Source: Isurus oxyrinchus (taxonomy: Eukaryota). From it: DNA of 64,000 bases. Within the stretch, counting starts at the first letter, position 1. Every line of letters begins with the position of its first letter. The position numbers and the translations under genes were made by a program. The DNA lies in assembly GCA_026770705.1 (NCBI GenBank), contig JANJGN010000034.1, positions 3,286,001-3,350,000 of the forward strand. The letters are read 5' to 3'. This document shows, one piece after another, positions 38,565 to 53,499 of this stretch. The notes under the pieces were generated by a model. That model saw only the letters and a program-made list of their open reading frames with translations. It did no database searches and was not told the DNA's origin.

Positions 38565-39090
38565 CATAGGAACATAGGACTTAACAGAAGGTATGCATTT
38601 CGAGTGTGCTCCGTCTTTTGACAAGTTTATGGTTAATCTATTTTTGCCTCATCTTCAATTTGCCATTTGCTCCTCATAAGTCTTGATTCTCTTGCCCTTC
38701 AAAAATCCATCTCACTGCCTTGAACAAATTCAATGTCCCAGCCGCCACTCTCTGGGGATGAGAAATCCACATACTAACGACTCTTCGTGATAAAAAAAAA
38801 AATCTCCTCATCTCTGTCTCAATCTGTAGACCTCTTATTTTTTAAACTGTGTTCCCTAGTTCAATTCATCTCACAAGTGGAAGCTTCCTCCCAGCATCTA
38901 AACGATGAAATTCACTCAGGATCACATGTATTTCAGCATGATTACTGGACTTTTTTATAATCTTCATTGAGTATAGACCCAAGCCGTCCAATTTTTCTTC
39001 ACAAGATAAGCTTCTTATACCAATAATTAGTCGAGAGAACCTGCACTGAAATTCTTCTATAACCATGATACAGGGTACTCTCGATGTGGG
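38565..39090 (-). mobile_element. CR1 3' fragment
   Basis: ORF 38866-39066 (FQCRFSRLI..SCEEKLDGLGLYS) plus a catagga tail. Confidence 0.8.
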
Positions 39091-39221
39091 TTCATCATGT
39101 CATTTGGACCTGAAGTACAATGCATGCAAGACGAGAAAATAATACTATTCCACTCAGTTGACAATCCTATGGGCTTCAGGAGCGACAAGATTAGAAGACA
39201 CTAGGACCATATAGGATTTAC

Positions 39222-39503
39222 CTTGAGAGACTTCCGAATTTTTGACCCTTTCAGGAATAGTGAGTCTCCTTCAGGCGAAATGGGCATGAAGCGGACTGCC
39301 GTGATTTTAATAGGAAGACAGATGCTGATATGGTGTTGTCTCCGACAATAGTTGCCAATTGTTCTGTTTGTATCCCTTTCCTTATCTTCTAAAAATTGAA
39401 GCTTGCCACCATTGTATTGTGAGGAATGGTTGTCCAGGTGGTGTATGACTCACTCGTCCAAAACCTTGCCATCGTTGTCGGTTGCACTCTCTTTACCCTT
39501 ACG
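39222..39503 (-). CDS. Two candidate exons, 39454-39503 and 39222-39268, joining in frame: RKGKESATDNDGKVLDE-RLTIPERVKNSEVSQ
   Basis: tttttgcacag|..|gtgagt and ctgaag|..AAG|gtaaat. Phases 0-2 then 2-1 are compatible and the joined frame is open. Confidence 0.5.
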
Positions 39504-41619
39504 CTGTGCAAAAATGACATGTTCGGCCAAATAAATTCCTCATTGATGAACGGTTCTTCCCGAATCTTTGTGATTAGAATGACACGCATCAAGATAATTA
39601 TGATTATCATATGTGGGAGCCCTTATCCTCCAATCATGGTGTGGTCACGGGTCTTGTATATTTGCCATCCCTTTTTTACTCGGTACCATGATTCAGAAGT
39701 TAATGGTGATTACTTGTCAGTTACAGGCTATGCTTAGGCTAATTCAGACATAGGTAATAGTATTATACTCTTCCAATGACATTTCTTGACTCTCCTTGTT
39801 TGTTAATCTTTTGGGGCGTGGACATATAACCAACATATGAATTTGTCCCCAGGTGCTCGTACATCACACCTTTGCCACAGCTGTTTGGGATATATCATCC
39901 GCCTCCTCACGTCATAGCTTAGGAAATGTTTGATAAATCACTTTGTCTATCTGCATAATTAGGAAGAACCTTTTTCATTTGCACTCATTTAATTGGTTAA
40001 TGACGAACCAGTTATCATTTCAATTTACTGAGTTATTAAATTACCCTATTTAGAATGGGTTTGTTCTGGAAACCGTGCGACAAATGGCCCTCTGTTTTAC
40101 TATTGTTTTATTTGAAGTCATTCATCAAAGCCTCAAAAAAAATCCCTTCAGCTATTTTTATATCCTGCACTATTGGTCGCTGCTAATCCAATCTGCCGTT
40201 GATCATGCAATCGATAAATATACCTGGGTCAATGTGAGGCACAGCGTTTCAGACAAAAACTGATAGATAGAATCATTTTTGGAGCTTTCTTGCATATATA
40301 TATATATCTGCAGTTACATCCTAGGGTGAAATCTTAGTGGTACCTGCTGCTGTCTATCTCAGAGCCATGGTGTCGAAGGAGCAATATTGACTATGTGTTT
40401 TCGTTCCCAAATCAACTCCTTTAATATTGGTTTCATTGTACGATTGTTCTTTGGTTTGTTAGATTTTCTAAATGTGGCACATGGGGGTTGTGGACCTTAT
40501 TTTCTTCCAGCACCTACGGCACAGTTTGCATGAACGACTCCACCCCTCTGTAAATCACTTCATGAAGATGGTGATGTAATCGATCCCACCTAAATTAATA
40601 TACTTCCCGGTTGCGAATTTGCATTTCAAGCCTATGTGAACTGTGGCGTGGAGATGCATTTGGTTATAAATACTATTAATCAAATTGAGAAAGTTTTCTT
40701 TATCAACACAATTTAATTACTTACTCGAAGGGAACGGCATAAATGTGGTATAAAACTGCTGAGATTGGGCAATGAGTTCAACGAGTATGATGCAGAAGTG
40801 CCTTTTTAGTTTCTCAAAATTGGAGGCAAAAGTCGGCAACAAACTTAAGAATTTCGACGAGTGTTCTTCCTGCTCTAGCATTTTTGTCACAATGACACTT
40901 ACTGTAACCAACGTAACACTCTGTTACATCCAGCGAGTCCTGTGAGACACGATACATGAGCCCGGGCAATAAAAGCATCTCGCTACCTCACTGTTACAGA
41001 ACGTCATTGATCACAAAAGAAGATCCCATTTGCCGCCTATATTTTTGGTTTATTAACATACTATCCAATCCTTACATTCCCATTTCCTAATGCAGTATTT
41101 TTTAATTCAACTTCGATAGCCATGCCCATGAGGCTTACGCCAGACTTTATAAACTGTAATTTCTCGGGTTGGTCTGTTAAAGTTTACTTTCAAAATTGTG
41201 ATAAAGAACAATCCATCTCCCTCTATTTCAATCTAAAACTCAATGCTTACTGAAGGGAAGACGTTATATCACCGAGTTCATAGAGGAAGCTGTACACTGG
41301 CAAATTGAGCTAGGAACTCAAAAATTTGTTTACCCACAGATGCTGCAGCTCCCAGTCCAAGACTTGAGCAAACATGTGAGAGTGGGCAGTCTAACAGCAA
41401 TGTTTTGTTTCTTCTTGATTGACGCATTTCCATATTTTATTGTCGTTTAATTTTGTTAAACTTTGTTCAGACGAAGTTTCTCCTTTTATTTAGTCCCGAT
41501 GGTGATATTTTCTGGTCAACTCATGGATATGCTTTTCACTCTATTACTGCACTTTACAGAACAATTTTGCTAGGCCTTTTCCTTTTACATGCAATGCGAG
41601 GGTCTGCCTGGATTTGAAA

Positions 41620-44600
41620 CAAAAATTCACAGTGCCTGGGATTCGCTGGCTAGGGCCAGCACTATTGCCTATCCCACAATGTCATTAGCAAAGTTGGTGG
41701 CTGGACAATTTCGGAACATTTGGAGTCAATGCGATTTGTGGACGACAGCTGTGCTGTTAGGAATGACATTGCGGAATTTTGACTTAGTGGTAGTGAAGGA
41801 ATTGCGGTTTTGTTCCAAGACAGTATGGTGTGTGGCTTCGGCAGGAAGTACAGTTGGGGGTATTCCCATGCAAGTTTTGCCCCTATGCTTCTCGGTGGTA
41901 GGGATCAGAGTTGTGCAAATTTGTTTACAAGGTGCAACACCGATTTTCAACAGTGCACCTTTTGTATGGTAACCTCCGATGACGCTTTCTGACGGTCGTC
42001 GGGGGGCTAGTCAATGAGTAACTTGCTGCATTACGTGCCACTTGACAGCACTGCTTTTTTCCTGAAATGTGTCGAGCTTCTTGAGCGCAGTTAGAACTGT
42101 GGTCATAGAGGCATGTGTAATAAACTCGTGAAACGTGTCTTGTCGATTCCGTCGGGAGACTGTGTGGAAACAGACCGGGTTAACTACTCATCCTTGATAT
42201 CACAACCTATGACCAATTCTTGACATTACAGTTTCTTATACGGCTGGTCCATTTAAGTTTCTTAGCAATGGCAAACTCGTTGATTGCCTGGCTTAGTGAT
42301 GGCATTGCCAGAGATTTACAAGAAAATACGAAGAGAATAGGTTATCTCCAGTTAGAGATGACCATTGCCCCTCCACGAACCACGTGACTTCATTAAACCC
42401 TCGATTTGAACATGGACTAAAGGGCTGAGCTAGAGCGGAGAGCTGAGAGTTACTTACCTTGGCATCACGGCAGCAGCTTATCAAGTGTGTAATCAAGGGC
42501 CCCTTGCAAATCTGTGATTAAAGGGAATTGTGGGATGAAACCTCATTGTTTGGAGTCATTCTTTTCCGAAAGCAAGTTGGATGAGGTTTTAAAAGGTGAA
42601 TTTTCTCAGTTCTGGGTTATCACTGCAGGGGTTCCTTAGGGTTATGCCCTTGACCTATCCACCGTCAGCTGCTTTATCAATTGTAGTCTTTCCTTTATGA
42701 AGTCAGGAGTGGGGATGATCCTGGATGATTGCAATTTTATCAGCATCACTGCCAACTCATTAGATACTGAAGAAAGAGGATTCCATGAGCACCAAGTCCT
42801 AGATATTATTCAGGCTTGGACTGATAAGCAGCAAGTGATGTTCATTCGACACAAGTGCCATGCAATGGCCATCTCCAATAAGAGTTAATCTATTCATGTC
42901 CCTTAGATTTTCGATAGCATTACCATTGCTAAACCCCCCACCACCAATATCCTGGGGTTAATCAAGGACAAATAACTGAGCTGGATCAACCATTTTAATG
43001 CCGTGATTACCAAAAAAGTACAGGAGCTGCGTTTTCTGCTGCGAGTAACACACATCATGGCTCCCCAAAGACTATCCGCCATCTGTGAATCATAAGTCAG
43101 GAGCCTGATCGAAAGGTCCTCTAATGCCTGGATGAGTGAAACTCCAACAACATCGCAAGAAGCTTTGCACCATCCAAAGTAAGGCAGCCCCCTTGATTGG
43201 CACCTCATCCACAATAATAAACATTAATTCCCTCCGTTACAGACGCATAGTGGCAACAGTGTGAAGCAGCCACAAAATGCACTGTGGCAACTCACCAATC
43301 TCCTTCGATAGACTTTCCAAACCTGTGACATCCGCCACCTAGATGGAAAAGGTACCGATTCATGGAAACACGATCTCTTGCATTTTCCCCTCCAAGTCAC
43401 AAAGTATTCTGATCTGCAACCAAACCGCCTCCACTTCTGCTGAGTCAAAATACTGGAACTCCTTTCTGAACACAAATGTGCTTGTACGTACACAGGATGG
43501 GCTGCAGTGGTTGAATATACAGTTCGCACCATTCTTTCAAGGCCAGCTGTGAATGGGTAAGTAATGTTGGCCTTGGCAGGGAAGCCAACTACGCATCAAC
43601 GAATATTAAAATGAAATGTGTGGCACAATGCCATTTTTCTCTTATCAGCCCGAACATGAATGTTGCCCAGGTCTTGCTGACTTTACACACACGGATGTTC
43701 CAGTATTTGTGGAGCTGCAAACGGTATTTAGTAAGGTGTAATTGTCATGATTTCTGCCCTTCTGCTCGGGTGAACGTCTTTGATGGACAGCTGAAGATTG
43801 TTGGAGCCAATAAAAGTACCGCAGGAACTCCTGCAGTGATGCCCCAGGACTATGCTGATTGATCCATCAACTGCAATCATCTTACTTGAGCGAGGTGCAA
43901 CTGCAAGCAGCGGAGTTCCTTTCCTCTGTGTCGTTTTGATAGAGATTTGCTAGCGCTTCTTACTGCAGCACTCGTCTATATAATGTATTGATATCATTGG
44001 CAACGTTTGAGTTCAGCTCTATTGACAATGCTTGGACCAAGACTGTAATGAGTGGGGCTCTGAGAGGCCCAAGAGGAAACCGAGGAAAGCTTAATCCTAA
44101 TTTACAAATAGCCAATCACTTATTATTACAGTTTATATACTTATTCTAGACTTTCAGCTCGGGAGGGGGTCGGGGGGGGGGGGGGGGGGGGTCGGGGGGT
44201 CGGGGGGTGGGGGGGGGGGGGTGTTGGGGTGTTGGTGGTGGGGGCATTAGTCATGGCCCTTTCGAACCATTTAATGCTCTTAAAGTTTCAATGATATTTC
44301 ATATCCCATCTCATTCTTCTAAACTCAAGAGGACAGGCCTAGTCTCCTCAACCTCTCCACGGGTAATATTCATTCCATCTGGGGAATCAGTCTGTTGAGC
44401 CTTTGTTGCACAAAGCCTACCCTTCCTTAGGTTAAAACACCAAAATTTCACACAAGACTCCTGAGGCGAACTCACTAAGGCTTTATGCAACTGCAGCAAA
44501 ACTTCTTTACTTCGTTACTCGAATCCACGTGCAACAAATGCCAACAAACTATTTGCCTACTTAATTGCTTCTTGCACCTGCTTGTGAGCTTTCATAAAAT

Positions 44601-46900
44601 TATGAACAAGGGCACTCAAGTCTCTTTGGAAACCAACATATCTTAACATCAGAAACTTTAAGCAATAATGTGCATTTCTCTTTGTGCTGCAGAGTGGATA
44701 ACTTCAGAGTTTTCCACATACCTACTATCTGCCATGTTCTTTCCCATTCACTTAAACTGGCTCAATCACATTGAAGCTTTCCAGCATCCTCCACGTATAC
44801 CATATTCATTTCTAGTTATTTTTTTTGTCACTATCAAACTTGGGAATATTGTCTTTAGATATTGCATATCCAAATTAATGTTATAGAATGTAAACATCTG
44901 GGGCAGAAGCATAGATCCCAGCAGCACCAAACCAGTCACATTCCACTGACCAGACAATGCCTCATTTATTCAAATTCCATTTTATATCTGTTAACCATTT
45001 TCAGTCCATACCAATATAGTACTTCGAATCACATGCACATATATTTCCTAACTAACCACTTCTGCAGGATCTTGTTGAATACCTTCTTATAATCCACCCA
45101 ACATCCTCTTGTCCTACACCCTCGCCCTTATCAGGGCCGCTAGTTACTGTTGTAGTTTACAGCCACAGTTTGACGAGGTTTGCAGTTGGTTCTGGTAGGT
45201 AATGCTTGCTTCAGCTCTACCGCCGAAATGTTGTCAGAGCACATAGGCTTTGCAGAATCCAATACCTTCACTTGTGTTTTGCTTGGTGTTATTTTGAGTG
45301 AATCTAATTTGCTTGAGACTGGAATCTGTTATGCTGCATACTTAAGATGGGGCAAGATAGATCAGTGACTCGGAAATTTTTGGCTGAACGTGCTTGCAAA
45401 TTTATCGGCCTTGTCTTTTGCACAGATGTGCTGGTCCACCTCTTCATTGAGGATGGGGATATTTGTGGAGCTTCTACCTCCGCTTTATTATTAAATTGTC
45501 CATTAGCATTCTTGACTCAGTGCGGCAGGGCTGCAGAACTTTTATTTCTTCCATTGGGTTTTGGCTTGCTTAGCTCTATGTATTGCATGGTGCTACCACT
45601 TTCAATGTATGTAACTGGCCTCTGTTGGAACTTCACCACTTTGACACACAACGTTTAGTTATGCCTCATGCTGACCTCCACTCTTAATTAAACAAGGGTT
45701 GCTTTCCTGACTTCATGAGATTATTGGAGTGAGTGATATGCTTAGCTATGAGGATACAGATTGTGCTTCACTACTAATTTCCTGTTAAATATACCTCACA
45801 AAGCCTCATGGCTTTCTGATTTGCTAGATCTAATATAAGACTATGCAATTTAGCATGATGGATGCGCAGCACAAAGAGATGGAGTTATACTTAAAATGCA
45901 GTTCCGGCTTATGCCCAATAAGAAATGTTCAATGATCACTCCTACCCAAAATGACATGGGCAGATGCATCAGTAACATATGGATTGGTTAGGACGACGTG
46001 AACTCGCTGTTTATTTTTCCGAATTATGAGTTCACACAGTATGTGCTACATGCCCAGTCGAGCATCTACGACCTTGTGGATTTGATCAGTTTGATCAGCA
46101 GTGGTGCTACTGAACTAGCCTTGGTGATAGACATACAAGTTCACTACCTAAAGAATGCAATGTTCATATTCCCTCTTATTCTCCATTTTATGCATTCTGT
46201 TGCAGATTCCATTTTTGTGGAAATAGGTTGGGTTTCAAAATCCGCTTATCAGTTAAATGGACTCTCAGTAACTTCTGTGTCACCTTAGCAAAGATAACAT
46301 AATATTAATAAAACAAACATCCCTTTGTATCACAGCCATTTGGCAGTGATACAAACGCAAGTATGGGCCAAATGTATGGCACAGTGTTCCCCAAACTAAG
46401 TGGGCAGATCTGTGTGTGCATATACGCCATACCGCAATGGCTACAAATGCTTAGCAGAGGCATGACCTTGACATTAGTCAACTGGGGGAGGCAACTTTCT
46501 ACCATAATGCCATGATGTTCTTTTGTAGCAATAGGCTGATGGAGGACAATTATCGGCCTTTGTTGTCTGACATGTTGCTAAGTATTTGATAGACTTTAGG
46601 AAGTCAGGAAGTTGATTACATTATACTGAATTTTACCTCTGACAGGCAGCAGGACACTAAACATTTATTTAGCTGGCTCCGTTATGCCTATGGTCAATGA
46701 TGAATATCGGGGAGCTCATGCTGGGCTATTCTATGTTGAAGGTCTGAATTTCCAGACCTTGTTCTTATACGGAATTGATTGAGATGGTATAGACCTAACG
46801 TTCTTGCAAATTGACAGCACAAACCTGAGCGCTGCCAATATTTTGATGTATGATAGCAGAGACAGTTGTCTTCATAGAGCATTCTAATATCACATCAGCT
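41620..46900. mobile_element. Cluster of nested LINE fragments in both orientations (about 41620-42420 -, 42480-43610 +, 43610-44090 -, 44230-45150 CR1 -, 45180-46900 -)
   Basis: RT motif remnants (SGVGMILDDC; LQLHKALVSS..CVKFW) and shared 3' tails. Confidence 0.75.
44161..44245 (+). repeat. G-rich low-complexity tract
   Basis: Long G runs interspersed with tc or t. Confidence 0.85.
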
Positions 46901-47346
46901 AATGAATGTAAGGCTGTCCAATTACGAGGTGAAAATAATTGGGATTTAAACCTCATGCTGAGGGCCTTTTGTAGCATTGTAATGGGATCACGATTCTGAT
47001 CTGACAAGCTCTTTATCTTGTGGCTGAGACAATTACAATGTTATTGGTCAGCATGGCTGCTGCTATGAGCAATTGCCAAAGACAGGATCCTGCGACATCT
47101 CATTGATTTCATTTTAAACATAGCCATTTGCCTTCGCCTAATTCAGTACTACTGCTATCGCCTGGTTCTCTTTGTTTGCACTCATCCACACTCCTCCATC
47201 TCCTTTTAGATCACCCCGTTGAATATTTAAAATATCGATGCCTGAAATATGTCTAGTTATCTAGCCTGCTATTGGAGCAAAACATTTATTTAAACAATAT
47301 CTGGGCTTTAATTTAGTCTAGGTAGCCTTTGCGGTATATTTCAAAA

Positions 47347-48101
47347 GCCTGTTTCCCCATTACTAAATATCTTAACAAATTGTTCCTGTAAATGCACCAG
47401 CTTTCAGTTTTAGGTTAAACGCCAATGTTTCCAAAAGTTTACTATTGTTATATATTTTCTTCATGATAGAGAGTACTCATACAGTGTTAGTCCTAATTTC
47501 AGTCTCGGCCTTTCTGTAACCTTATCTGGTCCTCAGTTACCATATTTATCGAAAGGCTTATCTGATCTCTTTTAACTGCTTAGCCCACAGTCAGATCAGA
47601 TATGATCTTTACATGTAGCGGAGTAGGGTTGGCCCACTTTTGCTCCTAATTCTATGCTCATATTTCCGTATGTAGGTTTATCATTCCTTCCACCTTGTTA
47701 ACTCTTTTGCAACTTAATTGAAATAGGTATTTCTCTGTTCCACCTGTAGCCCCCATGAAAAAAAAATCGTATTCAGTGTTGGCATTAGACAAAGTTATAC
47801 ATGTTTTACCCTTTACTTAATTGACATTGCCATCTCCCTGCCTGTTTGCAATTAAAATGTAGAGTAATATATGTTCAAGGTACATGCAAGATCCTTCAAT
47901 AAATATGGTAACAGAAGACCAGATAAGGTTACAGAAAGGCCAACACTGATGATAGAGCTAATACTGCATGGGTATTCCCTTTAATGAATAAAAACATAGC
48001 AATAGTAAACTGTTGGAAATGTCCGCACTTAATCTAAAACAGTAAAAATGGTGCATTTAAAGGAAAATTTTGGTAAGTTATTTAATAATGGGGAACCAGG
48101 C
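47347..48101. repeat. Long imperfect inverted repeat, arms 47347-47556 and 47893-48101
   Basis: ggcctttctgtaaccttatctggtc vs gaccagataaggttacagaaaggcc, and gcctgtttccccatta vs taatggggaaccaggc. Alignable along about 210 bp. Confidence 0.85.
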
Positions 48102-49229
48102 ATTACTCACCAGTAGTTAATGAAAGAAAGGAACATCACTCTGGCGATCGATTAATAATAGTTAATGATATGAAGCCTATTATTGAACATAGCATTGAAT
48201 CAGTTTGAGCTACCCTATTAGTGAATATTTAGATGATGCACTTTAAAACTAACTGCAACATCTATAACTCTACTTATTAAGTCACTACTGCATTTATGTA
48301 AGAGATACCAATATCCAATGAATTGACTGAACCTAACGTGACTCCATGGAATACTAATGTTTTACAATATTAACTGCAATCTGAAATTGACTGCTCAGTT
48401 CCTCAAATAAATCATGACAGAAATGATTCCAGAAGATGGCTTAACGTTGCCTTCTGAAAGGATTATTGGAAACTTCAAACTAAGTGAGGACTGGAAAGCA
48501 AGCAAAAAGTTATGAATTAATTTAGTTTTAAATCAAAAAGAAAATCAGCATCAGTTCCTAAGGTAACTTAAGCCCAAAGTAGTTTTTGCGTTGATTGATA
48601 CCAGTGGGTCTACTTCATCTAGGCGTGTCAACTTGATGCTCCAATGGTCTTCAGTAAACAATATGTCACTATCCCTAAATGTTGTTTGATTTTTAGTAGC
48701 TGTAATGTGAACAAAAGTCAAAAAGAAACACACTTTTACCACTACACGAGCAATGCCACTAATGGCTGGCAGTCATTTCCCAACAACATTTGTGTGAATT
48801 GATAATCTGGTTTTCCTTGAAGACTTTAAGACCAAACAATGGGCGAAGTCTTGTATGACTTTTGATGCCACAGGTGCTCTACTTTAGATAGATGCTCCCA
48901 CATTTATGACTGTCTCAGCACTTTTGTTTAAAACGCAGCTTTGTGAACCAAAGGCCTTTAAGAATTTCATCGAAATTTTATTTCAAATTTCTGACTTCTT
49001 AGTTTAAGCTTACCATGCCCATGGTTAAAGAATAGAATGGATATGCAAAATACCCCCTTCCTGGTTTGAATGGACTATCCACCCTGTCCAAACAATCCAA
49101 TCTACTCCAGGCGTATCTGCTCTCAGTTAATCACCCTTCCCACACTGGCTCACAATGATTGCTTCTGCATTATTCTCACCTTCCACCCCACAAGTCTGCA
49201 TACGTGGGAAAATGTGATATTTTTCCTTT

Positions 49230-49790
49230 TATTAGTGAGAAAAAAGGAGAGGCAATTAACTAAATGATGAGATATTGCAGAGCTCTGAGATAGAGAGAGA
49301 TCTGGGTCCCTTAGTGCATGAATTACAGAAGGCTGCCTGCAGGTACAGAAAGTAATTGCCAATGCTCATCGAATGTTATAATTTATTGTTAGGGGAGTTG
49401 GATACAAAGATAATGATTTTATGCTTCATTTATACAGCGCACTAGTGAGATCACATCTAGACAATAGCGTACAATATTGCTCAGATTATTTAAGAAAATG
49501 TGCAAATGCGTTGGAACCATTTCTGGCATGTTTTAGAAGAGCAATGAGGCTAAACTATCTCCTTCAGAGGTTTCTGGGCCTTTGGAACTCTCTTCCTGAA
49601 AAAGGCGGTAGACCATATTATGGCAAGTGTGGATAGATTCTTGGTAAGTAAGGGAGTGACAGGTTATTAGTGTTACTCAGGATGCAGATTTGAGGTTGTG
49701 ATCAGAAAAGCCATGATCTTATCGAATGACAGTGAAGGTTCGAGGGGCCAAATGGCCTAATTCTGCTCCTTGTTCGTACGTTTGCATGTT
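49230..49790 (+). mobile_element. CR1 3' fragment (internally deleted)
   Basis: MLHLYSALVRSHLDNSVQY and QRFLGLWNSLP, plus a tail. Confidence 0.8.
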
Positions 49791-52700
49791 TGCATTAAAA
49801 AAGCCATCATACAATGATGGTGCAACTTTCACCAATTTTCCGCCAGTGGATATTTCTTCAGCACGTTCCCATTTCAGCTTTCCAATGGTCTCGTTCCCCT
49901 CACAACACACTGGTCGCACCGCTCTCTGTTCTTTTAAATGACTTCTATTCCCAAATTGTTTAACATCCACTCGGAATCAAATCCTCGTATTAACGTTATT
50001 ACATGTTATCAAGCCCTCTGTCTTTAAATAAAAAGCCCCTGATGAGTTTTCCAGGTAGTTCTGTTTTTTTTTTTGGATTTCCAGCATCCGCAGTTTCTTG
50101 TTTTTATCTTATTGAATCTTTACCTGAATCAGTTGCAGACGAAAAATGGTCTGTGGGACAAACCAAACAAAGGAACAAAGAAACAAACAGTTAAAGAAAT
50201 AAATAGGCAGATAGATAAATAAATGTTAAAGAGTTAAATAGATCAACAAATAAGTATATAAATAAATAAAAAACTTATCAATTTCATGCATCTCAGCGAT
50301 GGCATACATTTTAAGAGTTGAATGATATAGCAAAAATGAATCGCACAGTTAGCCAGAGTTATGGAAGCAGAGGAAAGACTTTATTTCGCTTGAACAATGC
50401 TCATGGAAACACAACTTACTGCCACTAACGATCGTTTGAATGGATGAAATTTGCTTACTTGCAAAAAAAAGACACCTAATGCAAGGGCGATGGCATTGTT
50501 GCATTCCTTCTACATAGTTAAAAATTGGTGCTTAATTTGCAATCGTACGCCCAGGGGTCCCAGGAAATACAAGGACAAGCAAGTCCTGCACCGCCTGATG
50601 AGTACACAAAGATGCCAGTGGTGGGAGAAATAGCGCATGTCTATTGACTGCAACTGGCCATAAACCGGTGTCTGTGCCACCTGCGCATTTTCAATTGTTC
50701 CTAGGTCCTTCTAAATATACAGCATTGATTGGTAAATGTACTGTCTTGAGTTATGTGAGGGAGGAATGGGTCAGCTGAGAAAAAAAAAAGTACTTGGCAA
50801 AACACCGAATCGAGAAGCGGCGCGATGAATCTCTATATCCCCGGGTTTGGGGTCAAGGCAAATGAAGCCAATCCAGGATCATTGAGGTAATAGATCTTAA
50901 ATGTTTGTGGGTGTAGAAGATGTTACATTAATGTAAATTTGAGGGCGTGCAGCGATATTTTTTTTTTTAAAGTTGAATATTTTTATTTCAAGACGTTGCT
51001 TGTCTGGATGACAGTTCAATTCAGCGACCATAAGTGTGATAGGGGAACTAGACTTGTTACTCAGTAACCATTGACATCTGAATTTTGGATCAACTTAAGT
51101 TTATTAGTTAAGCAGTAAATAACATGTGGGAGTCCAGCCGGCAGTTCATTTCAACAGTCGTGTCTATAGGTAATCAAGGCACAAGCGTGGGTTTCAGCAG
51201 CAGCTGAGCTGAGACAATCGCCAGGTGACGCGATTTTGCATGTAAGTGAAAACTCTTACTGATGACATCAACATCAGGCCAGGAGCTGATGTTGGTATCA
51301 GATTAATCTCAGATTATTGCTCGGGAGAAGGCCTAGGTCGGTACTTTGGGTAAGAAGCTTGCAGAGTGGAGTGAATGCAATGTTTTCAATCTTACAGGTG
51401 TTTAAATGGAGAAAATTTCTGTTCAGCGGGTACTGGATCTTGGATACCTGGGCCCATCATTTAGGAGCTGTGTAGGATTATAGAGATCCCGGCTTTGACT
51501 GAGATCTGGGTAGCCCCTATGTTCATTTGGATTTTAATATTGGGCTTATTGTTGATTCAGCTGAGGGGGAGAATGGCAATTGGAAACATATGGGTGTCAA
51601 GAATAGATCTGGTGGCCATAGTTGGTCATGTTGTGTGGGCAGCAAGTTAAGATACTGCAAGTGTTTCTCTTCCAACAATTAGGTAAGAATGGACCTAACT
51701 GAGAGCATTCATGGTCAACTTGAAGAAAGTAGAGCGGCATTGAATAAAGATGGTGCGCTCGAACATCTCAAACGCCACAGGCAGGCATGAAGACAAGGAC
51801 TGAAATGTTTTATTTCTTTCACAGTCATATAATGGTTCATTTGTGACATTGATAAATACTCTTCCAGTAGCGCTATGGCGCTGGAAGATTCAAACATGGA
51901 CATTCGGGAGAGGCAGGAACAGGTTTGTAAGGCTCGGACACAAACAAGGACTTTGGTGAGGAGAGAGAGAGTTTAGGGATGAAAAGTGAATTTGCGGCCA
52001 CAGCTTCAAGTATTGACTTCTTGAGAAAGGACTGATAACGACAGAGTTAAAAGGGAAAGGGACTTTCCAAAACGGGCATATCAATAAAGGCAAACGTGTG
52101 GATCCATAGGGAAATTTATTCGATCAGCAATTTAATTGGAAAATGAGCAGGTGAATACGACCTGAATCCAATGAACACGATGAACTAAGAAGGGGCAGCT
52201 GTGTTGTTATATTAGGAAACACAGATGAAGGCGTGCTCAGGGATAAAGCAGAAACATGTATTTAAGCAAGTTGTGTCAACTGTGGTAAAGGGACGAATGC
52301 AACTGAGGCAGTTGATGGATTGTGTTAGTGACAAAGAAGGGCTTGAGCTTCGTGCAATTGATGATCGAGATGAGAAGGTGTAGGAAGAGGTTTTGCATAG
52401 ATACAAAAGTGTTGCACTGCTTTTTTCCTAACCTTGCTAAACTGTGACACAGCACTCAACGATGCATTTGCATTCTGACATCATTTATCCCGTTGTCTCT
52501 CCTAGATTTGCAGCTTCAAATAAATAAATGTCCTCATTTTTCGTGCTAGCCAGCTATACTGCCTCAGCATTTTCCCGGTATTCGACTCCACGCCGAAGGC
52601 CCACGGTGACCTGGCTGTGTTGCCACTAGACTACTAATCCTGTGACCCGTGTGGCAACATATGGTGAAATTTGAATTTCATGAAAAAATCTGATGATGAG

Positions 52701-53121
52701 CACAAAACATTGCTGATAAGTTAATATTCTTTTCTTGGTCCTTCCTACATGTGGTGTCAGGCGTACAAAAATGTGACTGAGTCTTAAATGCCTTCTGATA
52801 AAGGTCACACCCCATTAACGGATACAAGACCAGTAATATCCTGTTCTACTTTTTTTCCTCATTAGCATTGAAATAACCATTGTAGACCACCTTTTATCTG
52901 GTGACACAACACTGAGAAAAGCGAACAATATGAGTATGGCGCGCTATTGTATGTACAATTGACAAGATTCATTATCCAATTATATAGCGGAATTAATTTC
53001 TTTGCATAATAGTCAACGAACCTGAATGGCCAGACGCAGCAATATTGTGAAAGCCCCAGATTTAAGGCAACCGTCTTTCAATTATATTTTAATTATTTTA
53101 ATCTATAGATATTTCCCGGAC

Positions 53122-53157
53122 CTGTCTGCCTTGTCAATCGTTTCGATGCTTCCTTAT
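53122..53157 (-). CDS. 36-nt phase-1 microexon, (x)KEASKRLTRQT
   Basis: gatttatgttttattttcag|ATAAGG...AGACAG|gtccgg. Strong acceptor, weak donor. Confidence 0.5.
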
Positions 53158-53499
53158 CTGAAAATAAAACATAAATCAAATCATTTATGCCGTTCATTTT
53201 AGAGTAAAGAGGTTTCCATTTTGCCATGACTGGTCAGTTGAAACTATCTGGTAATTAATTAAAGCCGTCCTCTCAAAAAAAAAGTGACATTACCCATGAA
53301 GAGACTAGCTGTGCCATTCATGAGGGTGCACAAAATGACCAGATATGTCACCTTTCAAATGAAATGCTAAACTAGGGATAGACCACTGTTTTTGAGTAAT
53401 AAAAAAAAGGTATAATTTTGTAGACGGGGGGCGGCTAGCTGGTAGTGCACATGGAAGTGTGATTTTCTGTGTTTGAATTGTTATTTGTTCTTTGTATGT

